A stretch of DNA of 64,000 bases, taken from NCBI RefSeq assembly GCF_018977255.1, contig NW_024704743.1, positions 46,316,001 to 46,380,000 on the forward strand. The letters are read 5' to 3'. Positions 49,343 to 62,887 of this stretch are shown here, piece after piece. The DNA is from Callorhinchus milii (Eukaryota). The notes beneath the pieces were generated by a model. That model ran no database searches and had not been told where the DNA came from. It was given only the letters and a program-made list of their open reading frames with translations. The translations under genes and the position numbers were made by a program. Every line of letters begins with the position of its first letter. Within the stretch, counting starts at the first letter, position 1.

Positions 49343-50550
49343 CAACAACAAATTGCATTTATATAAAGTCCTTCATATAAGATGATGTCTTGGAGCGCTT
49401 CACCTAGATGATATTGGCTGCTGAGGAGGGAGCAGGGGAGGAGAGGTGACTGTAGGTGTGGTTGAAAAGATAGGTTATTTGATGGGATTTAAATAGATAA
49501 GAGAGCAGGTGAGACAGAGGGAGAGGGAGGGCATAGTTACGCAGAGACCAAGGTTTGCCAGCTGGAGTAAGTAAGCAGAACAGTGAGGTAGGGGTGTTGG
49601 GGCGGTACTCAGGAGTGAAGGGATTTATTGGTGAAGGTAAGGATCTTAAAATATGTCCGTTGGGAGCCAGTGGAACCTGGCAAAGGCTGGAGTGATGGGC
49701 GTGAGGATACAGGGAGTGGAATTTTGAATGAGCCGGAGCTTTGGATGTTTGTGGAGATGTTTGTGGAGTCCTGTAGCTCAGTGGTTAGAGCACGTGCCTC
49801 GTAAGCGAGAGAAACTGAGTTTGATTCTCGGCAAGTTAGGCAAGTTTCCTTACTCCACACACCTCTGCTTACCTAGCAGTAAGTAAGAACCTGGTTGTTA
49901 TTCGATTGGTGGATCGCTTTTCTGGGGGTAATAATCCCTTCAAAAAAATAAATTAAATTAAAAAAAGTAATAATTTAGTCACTCAATCCACGACTGTTTG
50001 TTGGACACTGTGGTGTGCAATTGGCTGCCGTGTTTCACTCACAAAATATACAATCAACTCACTTTACAGTATAATCTGTGAAACGTCTAGAAGAGTTGAT
50101 AAGGCACTATATCAAATGCAAGGATTCTTATTATTATTGGTTGGTGGAACTAGGGAGATTGGCGAGGAATGTATTGGAGAAGTAGAGCCGGAGATAATAA
50201 GTGTGAATGAGGGTTTTGGAGGCGTTTTGTGTAAGATTGGGTCAGAGATGGGCAGAGCGCCGGAGATGAAGGAAAGCAGTCTTAGTCAGAGACCAGATGT
50301 GAGGAAGGAAGGAGAGCTGAGAATCAAACTGAATACCAAGGTTGTATATTGGTTCAGTGAGGTTGAGAGGAGAGCTATGGAGGTTGAGTAGGTCAAAGCC
50401 AGAAGTGAGGAGACATTGGTGGGAGCCGAGGAGAATGGCTTCTGTCTTGTCTATGTTAAGCTGCAAGAAATTGAGGCTCATCGGGTCTTGATGCCTGACA
50501 AGCAAGCAAACAGAACATTAGTGGACCGGGAATCAAGGGTAAAAGTGAAA
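49343..50550 (-). mobile_element. Old L2 3' fragment split by the SINE at 49765-50138
   Basis: Tail at 49343. LNFLQLNIDKTEAILLG in ORF 50242-50505. L2 collinearity resumes after the SINE. Confidence 0.85.
49765..50138 (+). mobile_element. tRNA-Ala-like SINE, full length, nested in L2
   Basis: GGAGTCCTGTAGCTCAGTGGTTAGAGCAC (A box TAGCTCAGTGG) and the standard tail. Confidence 0.9.
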
Positions 50551-50879
50551 AAGAGAGATCTGCTTTACGTGCCACTCTACTCCATTTAATTGACTTTAAT
50601 GTGTTTTATTATTTACTGCTATTTATTGAGGTGGCATTTGTCGAAGTAGACAACTAATCATTGAGAATAGCCAACACAAAACCTTTTATGAATGGTTATA
50701 ATTTGTGTTGTGCTGGAGACAAAATGTGCAATTCAGCAATTTAAATTTATATAGCACTTTTCACATAAAATAATGACTCTTACAATGGCAAAATTCAATC
50801 ATGGAATGAGTTTCCACATACCAATAACACCCAATTCAACTTCCCTGTTTTCCTCCTCTCAATTCCAGAACTGTCACTG

Positions 50880-51310
50880 TTCTGACCGAATGTCTGCCAG
50901 ACACAATTTTGTATCAAACTGAACATTCTTCAGTGAAATTTCCATCAAAACTAAAAGCCATCTCATTCAGTTCCCACCGTAGTCTTTGTGGCTGTGACTC
51001 CCATCAACATCCCTGGCCATTCCTTCTGAGCCAATGAATAACCGTGACAGCTTATTTTATCCCCAGCTGTTTGGAGCCCTGTATTTAGTCTTTCTTACCA
51101 GGTTTCACTGACCCTTAGGACCTTAGTGGATCAACTTCAAGATCATCCTGTCCTTCATATCCCTTTTGTATCTTCCCTCACTCTAGTCCTGCCTCCCTTG
51201 GCAATCTCCTCCAGCCCTGTTTTCCTGCCCATGCTGTTTGTTCTGAGGACTTCAGTTTACTGCTAATTCATTGCCCCTTCGTTGCTCCTTCCATCCCACT
51301 ATCGGTGGCT
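50880..51310 (+). mobile_element. Highly decayed L2 fragment
   Basis: Residual similarity to the L2 RT C-terminus (TCAACTTCAAGATCATC, TCCCACTATCGGTGGC). Confidence 0.55.
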
Positions 51311-53669
51311 GAGTTTCATGGCCTGTTTAGTTTGAGTTAAATACAATTAATGTTGTCATCCATTTGAATAGAGTGACTTGTGTGGTCCAGATTGGAACTC
51401 ATATTCTCCAGTTGGGTTGACAGATTATGACATCCAAATTACTTATCATAATTAATGCTGAGCAAATTTAAATTGTTGGTTCAGATTTTCCTATTTTGAT
51501 TATTTAATGTGTTTGTGCATTGAATGCTCGTGTTTGTACTGTACATTCACCACACAGCTTGTGTGCATTAAATTTCAGTGTTTGTGTATTCACAGCTAGG
51601 AGGGTGATCTGCAATGCACTTCCTGTGCTACTCTTCATTCTGCTATTCGCTCATAAACGATCCGAGAAACTACTCTGCTTGAAGCTACCCAGTGCTTTGG
51701 GACATCCATCCTGACATGAGAGGCGCTATACAAATGTAATTTGTTGTTGTTGTGAAGGGTGCTGCATAAGTGTAAATTTTTGTACTACTTGTTGAAGTTT
51801 TTGGCAGAGCTGCGGATGATATTCCTGTGGTTTCTATTTATGACAGTGGGAGAGCCGGGATCAGGGACGTTTGAGGAATCACTGGTAAAAAACAAACATT
51901 AAACTCGGTGGAGCCCCTCCATCTCCTCCCTGTAACTTACATCAGTTTAGAGGAGCAGTGGTCTCTGACTCTGGTCATCCATTGAGCTGTGTCACAGTAT
52001 TGCTCAACATTTCACATGTGCTTCATCCAGTCACAGAGCGGAAACCTCATATCATCTCCATGACCTGATATACTCAACAGTGCAACATGTATGAAGCTTG
52101 CATCATGTTGCCCTCTTGAATTAAAGTCTTCAATTGCCCCAGCGCGACTTTCAAGCTGTCAGACTGATTTCTGGAGCAAGGTATAAAGCACCTCACTTGA
52201 CCTGCTGAGAAGTTTGAAAGCACCCTCAGTGGTTGTGTCAGCTCTCGTGAAAGCAGGAATTGTTAATTATTTTAAATGAATGAGTCACCTTCTATGAAAG
52301 CAAAACAAACAGTGAGGAAGTGTTATCAGATAATTCTGACTGTGGAATAAATCCTGCTCTGCAAATCTTCCCCACAAAATGCCCTGTATTATGAGCTGCA
52401 TTTTCAGTAATGTTTCCAGTCAGAGGTCTATCCTGGAATATCTTTGACCAGACTCTATGTGTGCTGCAGATTTCAGTTAATCAAAAACGGCCAAGATTTG
52501 TTCTGTCACAAGCCAGTAGCAATTTGGTTAATCTCTTAAAGCTTTTTGTGTATCTAATGGTAATCCTTTCCCTGCTAAATTAACAGGAGCTCCAAATGGT
52601 AAAATGCCAGGGTGAGCACTTCAATGGTTAATTTGGCCTAGGGAACATGAATATTTGGCAATTTAATGATTGTCTCCCTATTTAACCTCTTCCCCAGGAC
52701 ATTCCCTTATCCTGCACAGCAGATAGCAGATTGTTGGGAATGATCACAAGGCTATCTAATCACGGCGTTCAAGAGATCTTATAAACCACGGGAGCAAAAC
52801 TCCACTAGTTCTAAGATGTCGCAAAGAATTTCTTCAATTACTTTGCCACTTTGCAATATCTCCTGGCTACCTTTTCTGTCTTTAAAGGGAAAATAAAGTC
52901 TAGAGGAAGTGCTTTTTATGCATATAACTCCCAATAAATACAGAAAAATATATATTGTTACGGAGTAATTCAGCACTTTCCCTTTAATGTACAATCCTCA
53001 AGATAACAGTGGATTCAGGTGCCTCAATTAGCCCATGCCTTAATGTATGTTTCGGAAGGAGATAGAGTGGCTTATCTGCGTTTAATTGGGGCAGGAGCTT
53101 TGGAGCTACCTGGAAGTAGATCCAGAGCCAACCCATTCCAAAAAAATGTTCAGTGCCAGCTGGCTATTTGTGCAATGCATTTTGGACTCAAAGATCACTG
53201 CGCTGTGTGAGACCTGTGTGAGAATCAGAATTGCTTAATCAGAATTAAGCCATGTATGCTTGTGTCACCAAGGCCTCCTTGGGATCAGATGGTAATCTGG
53301 GTTCTACTTTGGTTTATTCTATAAAGTGAAAGCCATTACGACCAGTACCAGTGAAAGGCATCTGTCACCTAACTGTCTGCGAAGAAAAAACAATCCATTG
53401 TCACAATTGAGACTCTCCTGTGGAGTTGCAGCCTAGCATTAGCCTGAATGTTGATTTCAGTTCTGCTCATATAAAGTTCCCGAGCCAAGTACTTGCTGTA
53501 TACAGAAGCACTAGGAATAGTTCAGGAAGCCAGGCAAAGAGTTGGAATTTATTGATGAAATGGAATTGGCCACCTAAAGTTATTTGCTACCTATTTATTA
53601 ATAAACACACAGTACAGTATTAGTGATCTTTCACACTCGTATCTTGTGAAGCAATTGCACCAATGACCT

Positions 53670-54190
53670 GGAATTTTTCCAATGCCTTCTCGCCAGTCTC
53701 CCCAGCTCCACCATTCATCAAATCCAATTAATTCAAAACTCCTCTGTTTGTGTTCTCATCTGTACCAAATTCTGCACCCCCGTCACTCCAGTCCATGCCA
53801 GGCTCCACTGGCTCCCTATTGCAGAACAATTTTAAGATTCTCACCCTCACGGACAAATCACTTCATGCTCTAGCATTTTGCTATCTCTTCAACCTACTTA
53901 CCACCGCTCTCCTCTATCCACCCCTTTCGCTCAGCTGGCTCCAGCCTCCTGCACATCCCTGGTCTCTCCACTCCACCATCAGCCGTTACCCCCCAAAACT
54001 CTGGAATTCTCATTCCCTCTGCCTTGCCCTACCCTGGCATATCTTCAGATCACATTTCAGGACTTTCCTCTTCGACTGTGCCTTTGGTCACTTCCCCTCT
54101 CTCCCTGGCTTGGCATTAAGCTCTGCAACTGTTAAGCACTCCGAGATGCTACCACATATGAAGGGCACTATATAAATGCAAATTATTGTT
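53670..54190 (+). mobile_element. L2 3' fragment
   Basis: CTCCACTGGCTCCC, CCAAAACTCTGGAATTC, tail ATAAATGCAAATTATTGTT. Confidence 0.85.
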
Positions 54191-54383
54191 GGTTCAATTT
54201 TTTAATTATATTTTTTTACTCACCCATATCTCAGAGGTCATATCATCAGTATTTTCAGCCAAGACGCTAACTGCCTGCAAACAGAACCACTGTCATTGTT
54301 GAGACTTCCTTGTGGAGTTCCACCTAGCATTTGCCTGAATGTTGATTCCAGTTGACTCCAAATAAAATCACGGAAAAGTATTA

Positions 54384-54640
54384 ATAATCCTTGGATTTGA
54401 TACAATAATAATACAAATCTTACATTTGATATAGTGCTTTATCACATCTTCGAGACGTCTTAAAGCACTTCACAGAATATACCGTAATGTGAATTGGCTA
54501 TGTATTTTGTGGGCGAAACACGGCAGCCAATTGTGTACAGCAGTGTCCCACAAACAGTTGTGGATTGAGTGACCCAATTATTATTATTTGTTTATTTAAT
54601 TTTTTTTAAGGGATTATTACCCCCGGAAAAGCGATCCGTC
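54384..54640 (-). mobile_element. 5'-truncated SINE (same family) with a doubled tail
   Basis: Reverse complement of the 18690-18930 body; two successive tail motifs at 54384 and 54405. Confidence 0.85.
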
Positions 54641-57174
54641 AAAATGTAAATTAAACAAATAGAAAAAGTCAGTACCTAATGATTAGAATAATACATGTCA
54701 AATACGGCTAACTTTCTAAAACTATGTACTATTTCAGGTATGATGATACATAGTCATGTGTGTCATATGATTTGGTGAGCACCATTTGAGAGAAATTGGA
54801 GGTAGACTGCAATACAGAGATATAGCTAAACATGTCAGTTTGTAGTCTGAGAGGCGGGAAGCAAGTGAAATACACAGTAAAGAATACTGGGAATGAGGGA
54901 AAAGAGCAGAACAGGGATTAATACTTCTTAAGTCACAGGAGACTACTTTCAATTAAAATTAAAGATCAGGAGGGCAAATCGGAGAGAGAACAGAACAGGC
55001 ACCAAAAAGTGAAACTGATTTTCAGTCAGAGGCCTTCTGATAAATATTAAGCAGCTGTGGGCGTTCATCACATTTGAGTGTAATACAAGCACCACTTTAC
55101 ACAGCTCATACATATCCACACTATTTCCATGTACATACAGACACTATGCACACCGATGTACATTACATGCACACAGTAAGTAGTATCTGTCTCTACAGGG
55201 CATGCAAGCACATATACTGTGCACAGTCAAACATACTCACACTGCACATCACCTTGTTCTTGTAGGTTGCGTGATACACATATGGTATCACTATTTACAG
55301 ATCTTTCATGGGCCATGTTATTACCAAGTTTTCAGCCCTATTGTACATCTATGAAGTTCTGAGTGCTTTGCGTGTGAGAGTGGATTCAGGAATTGTCAGA
55401 AAAGGGAGTTGACTGGAACCTTGACTTGCACAGAAACACACTGAACAGCTGAAAATGACCATTATTTGAATGTTCTTTCCTTTTGCTACAGGTTAGAAAG
55501 TAATGGAGTATTTTAAGGACACTGCAGAGGAGTATGCAGTTTTGAGCCTGTGAGATGTGCAGGAAGAAACCAGTGCACTGACACTGGGGCTGTAAAATTC
55601 TGAGCAGTCTCTAGACCAGGTGGTTTCAATGTTTTGTTTAACAGCCCTGTAGTTATTGGTTCTAAGTAGTGTGGCTGCCAGTCACACAGTCTGTCTGGCA
55701 GCCTGGTGAGAGTTCTGTCAGGGTGTCTGTGGATGCTGAGAGGCTCACATTAGTGCCAGCAGAGTTGGTGGCACTTGCGCCTGCTGTCAGCTGAGCACAG
55801 CATGGTTCTGGCACTGGAAGAGAGTCAATCAAGGCCATGTCCCTGCTCCTCCTTGTCAAAAATACGAGTGTGTAAAAGGCCCCGAGAGGCAAATGAAATA
55901 AAGAGTGAGGGATGTGCAGAAGATTTTTATCATACAAGTATTGAAATATCTATGTTGAATATTTTTGGTTAATAATCACATTATGTTTGATTATTTCTTT
56001 CATGTCTGAAAATTAAAAAAAAAACTGATCTGCTGTATTCTTTATATAAAAGGAAAAAATGGGAGAACAAAGACTAACTTATTTGTGAAAAGACAGTTGT
56101 TTCACTGGCACTATGAGGTTCCATCCACACCAAAGTGTGAACGAGACTAATGTGGTTACAGAAATGTCAGAAGTTTGTGTCCATCCTCCCTTTCCTGACC
56201 AGTTGAAGTAAAGCTCTTTGAAGTTTATCAACTTGAAGTTCAATGAACAAAGGGCTACCATCTTTCAATGATTTGTTAAACTAAAGAACAAGCATAGAGT
56301 TTGTTGGGTATAAACAGACTGTGGAAATGCTTATCTGTGAGCAAGGGAGAATGATCTGAAAGAGAGAGAAAGAGAACTCGCTTCTTCTAAAAGATAACTT
56401 GCTGTTTGAATCCACCTTTTGAAGCTGGTAACTATTATATTTAGTTCTGTTATTTTTTTATTTTCTTTACACAATCCTTTATAATCTGTGCCATTCATGT
56501 AGTGTCTTATTTTTAGTAGTTCTTTGATTACAATCCTTGCATTTGATATCTTATCATGCTGTTGAGATATGCTTCACAAGAGTTTCCTGTAGTAATAATA
56601 ATCCTTGCATTTGATATAGAACCTTATCATATCGTTGAGACACCTCAAAACGCTTCACAGAATACACTGTAAATTGTAGTGATTGTGTATTTTTAGGCAA
56701 GTTGCAAATAAAACTGAAGTCAGACACATGTACTAAAATTGCGACAGTCTATCTAGAAACAGGCCTCACCTGGTGCTTTACTGCTTCCTTGAACTTTGTC
56801 TTTGACTTTCACTGTCCCATAAATTGTGCTTTGCTCTTGGCCAGTGTATTTTTTCTTCTCAGCAGAAGGTTAAATCTTTATTCTAACCTAATTCCTAGTG
56901 GGATTTGTTTGCTAAGTCCCACAGGATGTGGTTCTAGACACCTTGGGTTTGTATTTAAGTTCTACTTGTGGTGAAGGAATTCTTTACAGCTGAATGAACA
57001 GATCCCTGATGGAGGGCTGGTTGCTTAGAGGTCGATGATGTGGAGAGGGCCCAGATTACTGTTCTCCTTCACTCTACACCCCCCCCTAACTGTATGGCTG
57101 AAATCAGGAATTCATTGGCAACAAGACCAAGGATTACAGATATATAAATATTTAAATGGGAGTTTTATATACTG

Positions 57175-57470
57175 TATAGAGGCTTTGAATCTAAGAGCCA
57201 GAAGTTAATGTTCATTTTGTAGCTATTGTTTAGTCTGCAGTTGGACGTATTGAGTCGAGTTTTGGGCATTTCATTACAAAAAAGGCATCAACAACAATCA
57301 ACAATTTATATAAGGCCCTTCACGCAGGGCAAGGTCCTGGAGCGCTTAGCAATGGGGAAAGTACAGTGGCGATTCACTAGAATGATATCAGAGATGAGAG
57401 GTTTTAGCTATGTACAGAGGCTTGAAATATTAATGCTAGCTTTTTTGTTGAAGAGAAGATTAAGGGGAGA
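57175..57470 (+). mobile_element. CR1 RT fragment interrupted by a short antisense L2 tail (57288-57348)
   Basis: KVQWRFTRMISEMRGFSY..RLE..KRRLRG; inserted CAACAACAATCACAATTTATATAAGGCCC. Confidence 0.72.
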
Positions 57471-58822
57471 ATATAAAGGAGGCTGGAAGATGTGCCTGAA
57501 AATCAGGCAACTGCTTTAGGCTTTTGCAATTTCACAACCATTCTTTGGGTAGTGGAAATCACAAAACAAGTCTGATAACAATCCTTGCATTTGCTATAGC
57601 ACTTCATCACATTGTTGAATGATCTTGGAGTGCTTCACAGGATTTATGGTAGTGCAGTGACTGTGTATTTGTAGGCAAACACAGTTCATGCATCCACAAT
57701 CTCTTTCACAATACTTATTTGATAACATCAAGACTCCGGAGTCCATTTGTTGGAGTGCAGTTTATACTGAACAAATGGAATCCATGGCTTGTCACTTCAG
57801 ATTTTCACTAAGAGAGGAATAAATCTGCAATGGTTTGTTTCCCTTTGAGAATATTTCTCAATATGTTCTCAAATATTCTTACTATAGAAATGTAATTTTA
57901 TTGTTGTTGCTGTGATTTCTTGCGCCCCACCTTTAATAATGTTGTGGAGCCTCATCTCATTTTAAAATTATACTCAATCAACAATTTTACTTGTGGAATT
58001 CTGGGTGCCACTAAATGCTGATATGTATTTTTTTTGGAGGGTGTACCATCACAGCACACAATCCTATTCCTACTAAAATAATCTAATTCTGAAAAGATTT
58101 AGAGTTGGGCCAAGTGTTAATTAAATGCCACATAACTTTAACTCTGGAACCTTGTACAGTGGAATATTTTATTCTGGCTTGGACATTTGATGCTCTCTCT
58201 TCCCCCTCCTGCCCCCATATTATATTTTAAGTATAACAGTAAAATGTGCTCCCAATAAGATAAAGTTTGCAGCGAAAATATTGCTGCATGAAAATACTTA
58301 ATTATATAGATATTTGACATTTGAACTCAAAAGCAATATGTATGTTAACAGGCTGAAGGCAGAGTGTTGATAAGCCTTTAGTATGAACCCTCTGAATTTG
58401 GGATTGACGTGGCAACAGGAAGCTGGGAGCAGAGCTCCTGACATGAAGCGGTGATAAAAGGCCAAGAAGAGCCTTGGTCGTAATGGCTGTAATTCTTCCA
58501 TTCCTATGAGGAGGGAATGTACTACTAGTGACAGCAATTTTCCATCACTAGTAATCTTCAATTTGTTTTGCTATGGCCTATAGTTTTATGGTAACATAGG
58601 CCATAGGAATATTTTTGTAAAAACTGTGTATCTTCTCAGAGTTGTTGTATTCAGGGCTTGCGCCGATTCCTTTTATTTTCCCACTGCTCAGCATCTGCAG
58701 TAGAGTGCTATCCCCTGGACAGAGGATGACCATTTGACAAGGAGGGTGCATTACTGGGGTATAAAAATAGTAGAAAGTTTACAGCACAGAAGATCTTTAC
58801 ACCTATCATGTTTTTGGTTACT

Positions 58823-59197
58823 GTCAGCTTGGCTCAGTTGGAGGCACTCGCACCTCTGAGTCAGAAGTTTGTGTGTTCAAGCCCCACTTTGGGAATTTGA
58901 GCTCACAGTCTAGTCACACTCCAATGAAGTGCTGGGGGAATGCTGCATTGTTAGTGTTGCGATCCTTCGCACAAAATGTTAATTACGGTCTGTCTATTCA
59001 GCTGGACGTTAAACATTATGTTTTCTCCTGGTGTCATGGACAAAAATCTTCCAGAAAAAATTGATCATCCACAAATTGTCTGTCACGTCTGCTTACAAAT
59101 ACAACCACTACACACTTCACAATAAAATTTTGTGAAGTGTTTTGAGACATCTTGATGATGTGATGAGGTGCTATATGAAAATGCAAGGATTATTATT
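58823..59197 (+). mobile_element. SacSINE1-like DeuSINE
   Basis: GTCAGCTTGGCTCAGTTGG...CCTCTGAGTCAGAAG...GTTCAAGCCCCAC head, Deu-like centre, L2-like tail. Family name assigned from recollection of the consensus. Confidence 0.8.
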
Positions 59198-60812
59198 ACA
59201 GTATTACTGCTACCTCTCCCACTGCAGATAATCCCATTCTTTTGCTCTTTCTTCATGTACTTCAAATTTATTTTTCCTGAAATTTTTCTGCTGAATATCT
59301 CTTTTTATTCTGTTCTGCCATTGATTGTTGGGGCGCGGGAGGGAGGGACAAAGTAAACCACTTTTTGTATCACCTCCGTTCCTGGTTGTCAGTGTTCCTT
59401 GTGTCTCTGCAGAGGTTACTATGGTTTGGGCTATAGGTTATTTTTGCCACCCATGATTTCACACGGAAGTTGCTGAGTGATGCATTCTGGCACAATTTAT
59501 GTTTTATTTAATGTACACTCTAGAGTCTGCAAACCTTAGCTCTTGCCAACCTGCTTCTAAACTTTCCAGCATTGAATAAATGGGGTATGTCCCTCCAGGG
59601 AGAGTACAAACTCCATGCCAGACAAATGGAAATTTCCATACATATGTGGAACTCAAATTATTTTGGTTTGGAGACTGCAGTATTAAGCATAATGATGTGT
59701 TTTCACATGTCAGACCAACAACAAATTACATTGAATTGTGTTTTAAAAGTAGAGTGATGTTTCCCCTATAGTTCAGTAGGTAAATGGAATGTCTGGAACT
59801 GAACCATATAAGATTCCAAGTTCAATCGCTGGGTCTGTACATAAGTGTCGGATCTCAGTTGATGCAGTTCAGAGAGCATTGCAATTGGCTTAGGAGCGAA
59901 GCAATACTGAGCAAAGGAAAAAACCAACCAGCGACTCACTCCTATAGAATGACCGATGATGGAAAGTGTTTTTGTGTGTGTGTACACGTCAGGGGAGAAC
60001 CGTGCCTCAGCACAGTCAGTAGTTGGCTGACTCTCACTGCTTAAAATCACATGTAAAAAATGACCAATAGACAACATAGCCCAGCAAAATGTAGCTCCTT
60101 CAGCAGATGAGTAGAGAATACTGGAGGAAAGAAGTGCAGAAGTAGTGCCTCTGCTTTATGTTCCATGAATGAAAAAAAGGAATAATACAATGCAGAAAGA
60201 TAAGTTGCTAAACCTTAAGTGATTATCTTTGGAGCCAGGGAAGAACTTTACAAAAATTTCCCTCAGGAGATTAAGTGGATGGATAGAGTCCATGATAAGG
60301 TGCATTGCAGACTTTGAAAGAACCAGGTTTGATGTACTGAATGGCAACTTCTTCTTGCCTGCTTTTTTGTCTTATGCTGAGTTGCCAGCTTTTACCACAT
60401 CAAAAGCTAAGCAGGGGCTGCAGTTATGACTCAAGTTCAGAGGTTTGCTTTTGTCCTGATCTAAAATTCATTGACAACCTTAATAATTAATAACTCTGCA
60501 TTATGGGATGTATGGTGTTTGCTTTATAATCATTTCTGATATTCTGACCAGTGTACATAAACTCCCGAATGACCAGACCAAACCTGAGGCCCAAAGTTGT
60601 ACTTTGTCTTTGGCACAATTCTGCATTATATTACATTTTCCATCACAATGTAAGACTACCAGGTGGAAGTTTGGGCATCTGACTGAGTAACACATAGATT
60701 CACACAGGGGCTATGTTTTTGTGTTTCCCTTGTGAAATGACCCAACTAGTGACTATCCTCCATGGAGAGAAGGTAAGCAAGTTCTCCTTGGGCTGAACTG
60801 GCTCCAAGGTGA

Positions 60813-61001
60813 ACAAAACACAAAATACTGCAGATGCTAGAATCTGAAACAAAAACAGAGAGAGCTGGGAAAACTCAGCAGGTCAGGCAGCATCTATGGA
60901 GAAAGGAAAGTGAGTCAACGTTTCGGGTCCACGACCCTTCATCAGTTCAGATGCTGCCTGACCTGCTGAGTTTTCCCAGCTCTCTCTATTTTTGTTTCTA
61001 A
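60813..61001 (-). mobile_element. Short Penelope-like (PLE) hairpin insertion with 11-bp target-site duplication
   Basis: CTCCAAGGTGA at 60802-60812 and 61002-61012. 50-bp inverted arms 60846-60895 / 60949-60998. Hammerhead-like core between the arms. Confidence 0.85.
60911..60946 (-). ncRNA. Minimal hammerhead ribozyme-like motif
   Basis: Minus strand reads CUGAUGA-A-GGGUC(GUG)GACCC-GAAAC-GUU-GACUCA. Confidence 0.55.
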
Positions 61002-61585
61002 CTCCAAGGTGATATGCTTGGCAATGGAATGTCAGAATCAACTCAACCCTCTGTAGTGGTCTCAGTAGTCCGGTTCCTGAGCCAAGCCACAGTGCTCCAG
61101 GGCATGGATGATGCAGGTCAGTCAGTCTAGCTCGTCGTTTGGAGTGGAGGGGCAGAGCTCACTGGGGTGGGGGTTCTTGGCTCCTGTTTGGCTCCTGTTT
61201 ATCCTGTAGGCTAAAGTCCTAGCTGGAAGAACAATTGTCGGGCAGTGCTTTCAATGGCAAGCTGTGTGCTTGTAGCTGGTTAAACTCCAGCAGTACCCCA
61301 ACATACACCCTGGGGCTGCAAAATCTTGACTCTCACCAACCTGCACCTAATATATTCCACAAGTAGATAAGCAGAGTGCATCACTGTAGGGGGGAGTGCA
61401 TATTCTGCTCTGCATCACCAGTTAAAGTTCTTGCCTGACTGTGCCAGTGTAAAAACAGTCTGAAAACATCCATGCAGTTTGGCATTGAACTTGCAATCCG
61501 ATTTAGAGAAGCCATCAGAGTGACTGTTGTAGATATGAATATGGAAACTCACACTGGTGTGAGAGTAGAATGCCCTCTGAGGTGT

Positions 61586-61907
61586 GGAGTCTTGTAGCTC
61601 AGTGGTGAGAGAACTCGCCTTTCAATGGGTTTGATTCCTGGACAGGAGAAACATTAGGCAAGTTTCCTTACTCCACGTGCCTCTATTTACCTAGCAGTAA
61701 GCAGGATTGAGGGACGCCCCCCCAAAAATGTGGTCACTCAATCCACGACTGTTTGTGGGACACTGCTGTGTGCGACTGCCTGCCGCGTTTTGTCCACAAA
61801 ATATAGAGTCAATTCACATTACAGTATATTCTGTGAAGCACTTTGAGATGTCTCGAAGACGTGATAAGATGCTATGTCAAATGCAAGGATTATTATTGAT
61901 TATTATT
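61586..61907 (+). mobile_element. tRNA-Ala-like SINE with internal deletions
   Basis: GGAGTCTTGTAGCTCAGTGG head; same body and tail. Confidence 0.88.
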
Positions 61908-62887
61908 AAGGGGGCTGCGGTTAAGCATATTTGTGGGGCGGAGTGGAAAGAGTTTTACTGTGCTGTATTTGACTTGTGAGTTTGTGATGCTAATACTTGG
62001 TGAGAGAAATGGAAAAATTGTTTCACCTCCATGGACTGAGGGCTCTGAAAGTCAGAGAGCATAACCTCACCCTCTCTCTGAAGCCAATGGATTTAACTCC
62101 AGCCATTAGTCGTGCAGAAAATGTTTGACATGTTCAAAGTTTTAGCTAAATATGATCCATATAAAACCTCATTTATCTTTTAAACAATAACATTTCAAAC
62201 CGAAACACAGGTTGATATGTTTGAAAAGTCTCTCACTGCTGTGCCCATATTGTAACCAAATGTATTGTAGTGTCTGTGACATGGAAGAGATGAAACCTAT
62301 ACTGTGAAATTAGCTCATTCAACGCATTATAAATATCATATTGAACACATTATAGAACGCCATTAGTTTCACCACTGTACAAGTATGGATCTTTCACATG
62401 GGCGTGTTACATGGATTAAGCAGAGCAAAAAGCCACAGCGTCCCCACTCCTGATCACTATTCAGTGACCCAGATGAAAAATGTGCAAATTACAGATGCCC
62501 GGTGAAGCAAGTATTATTCTTGGCTGTGATGGCAAAGTGAATGTCTGAGGCTCACGCATGAAGAATACCAATTTTTGGCAAAGTACTGGAGGATTGAAAC
62601 TTCCCACTGAACTGAACCCCATAAGATGCCTTCAGGGAGAAGGAAGGGAGGTAATCGAACCCACATTGTAAAACTTAGGATGCAGCCAACTGGATGTGAA
62701 AAGGGGAAGTGGAGCAAACATTAGGTAGGTATTGTGTAAGTGGAGAACCCAAGAATACTGCAGTAAAGAAGGCATCTGGAAATGTTGTAGAACAGGTGTA
62801 ACAGGATTAAAGGATTAACCCCAAAGGTCAGAACAAGTGACATTCCAGTGTATTCACAGAGCGAAAGCAGAGATCCTTTGCACCCCC

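Noticed and set aside
55060..55280. His/Thr-rich ORF
   Set aside because: Decayed CA-rich low-complexity sequence.
60846..60998. pre-miRNA hairpin
   Set aside because: Explained by the inverted arms of a TSD-flanked mobile element; the loop of about 53 nt is too large.
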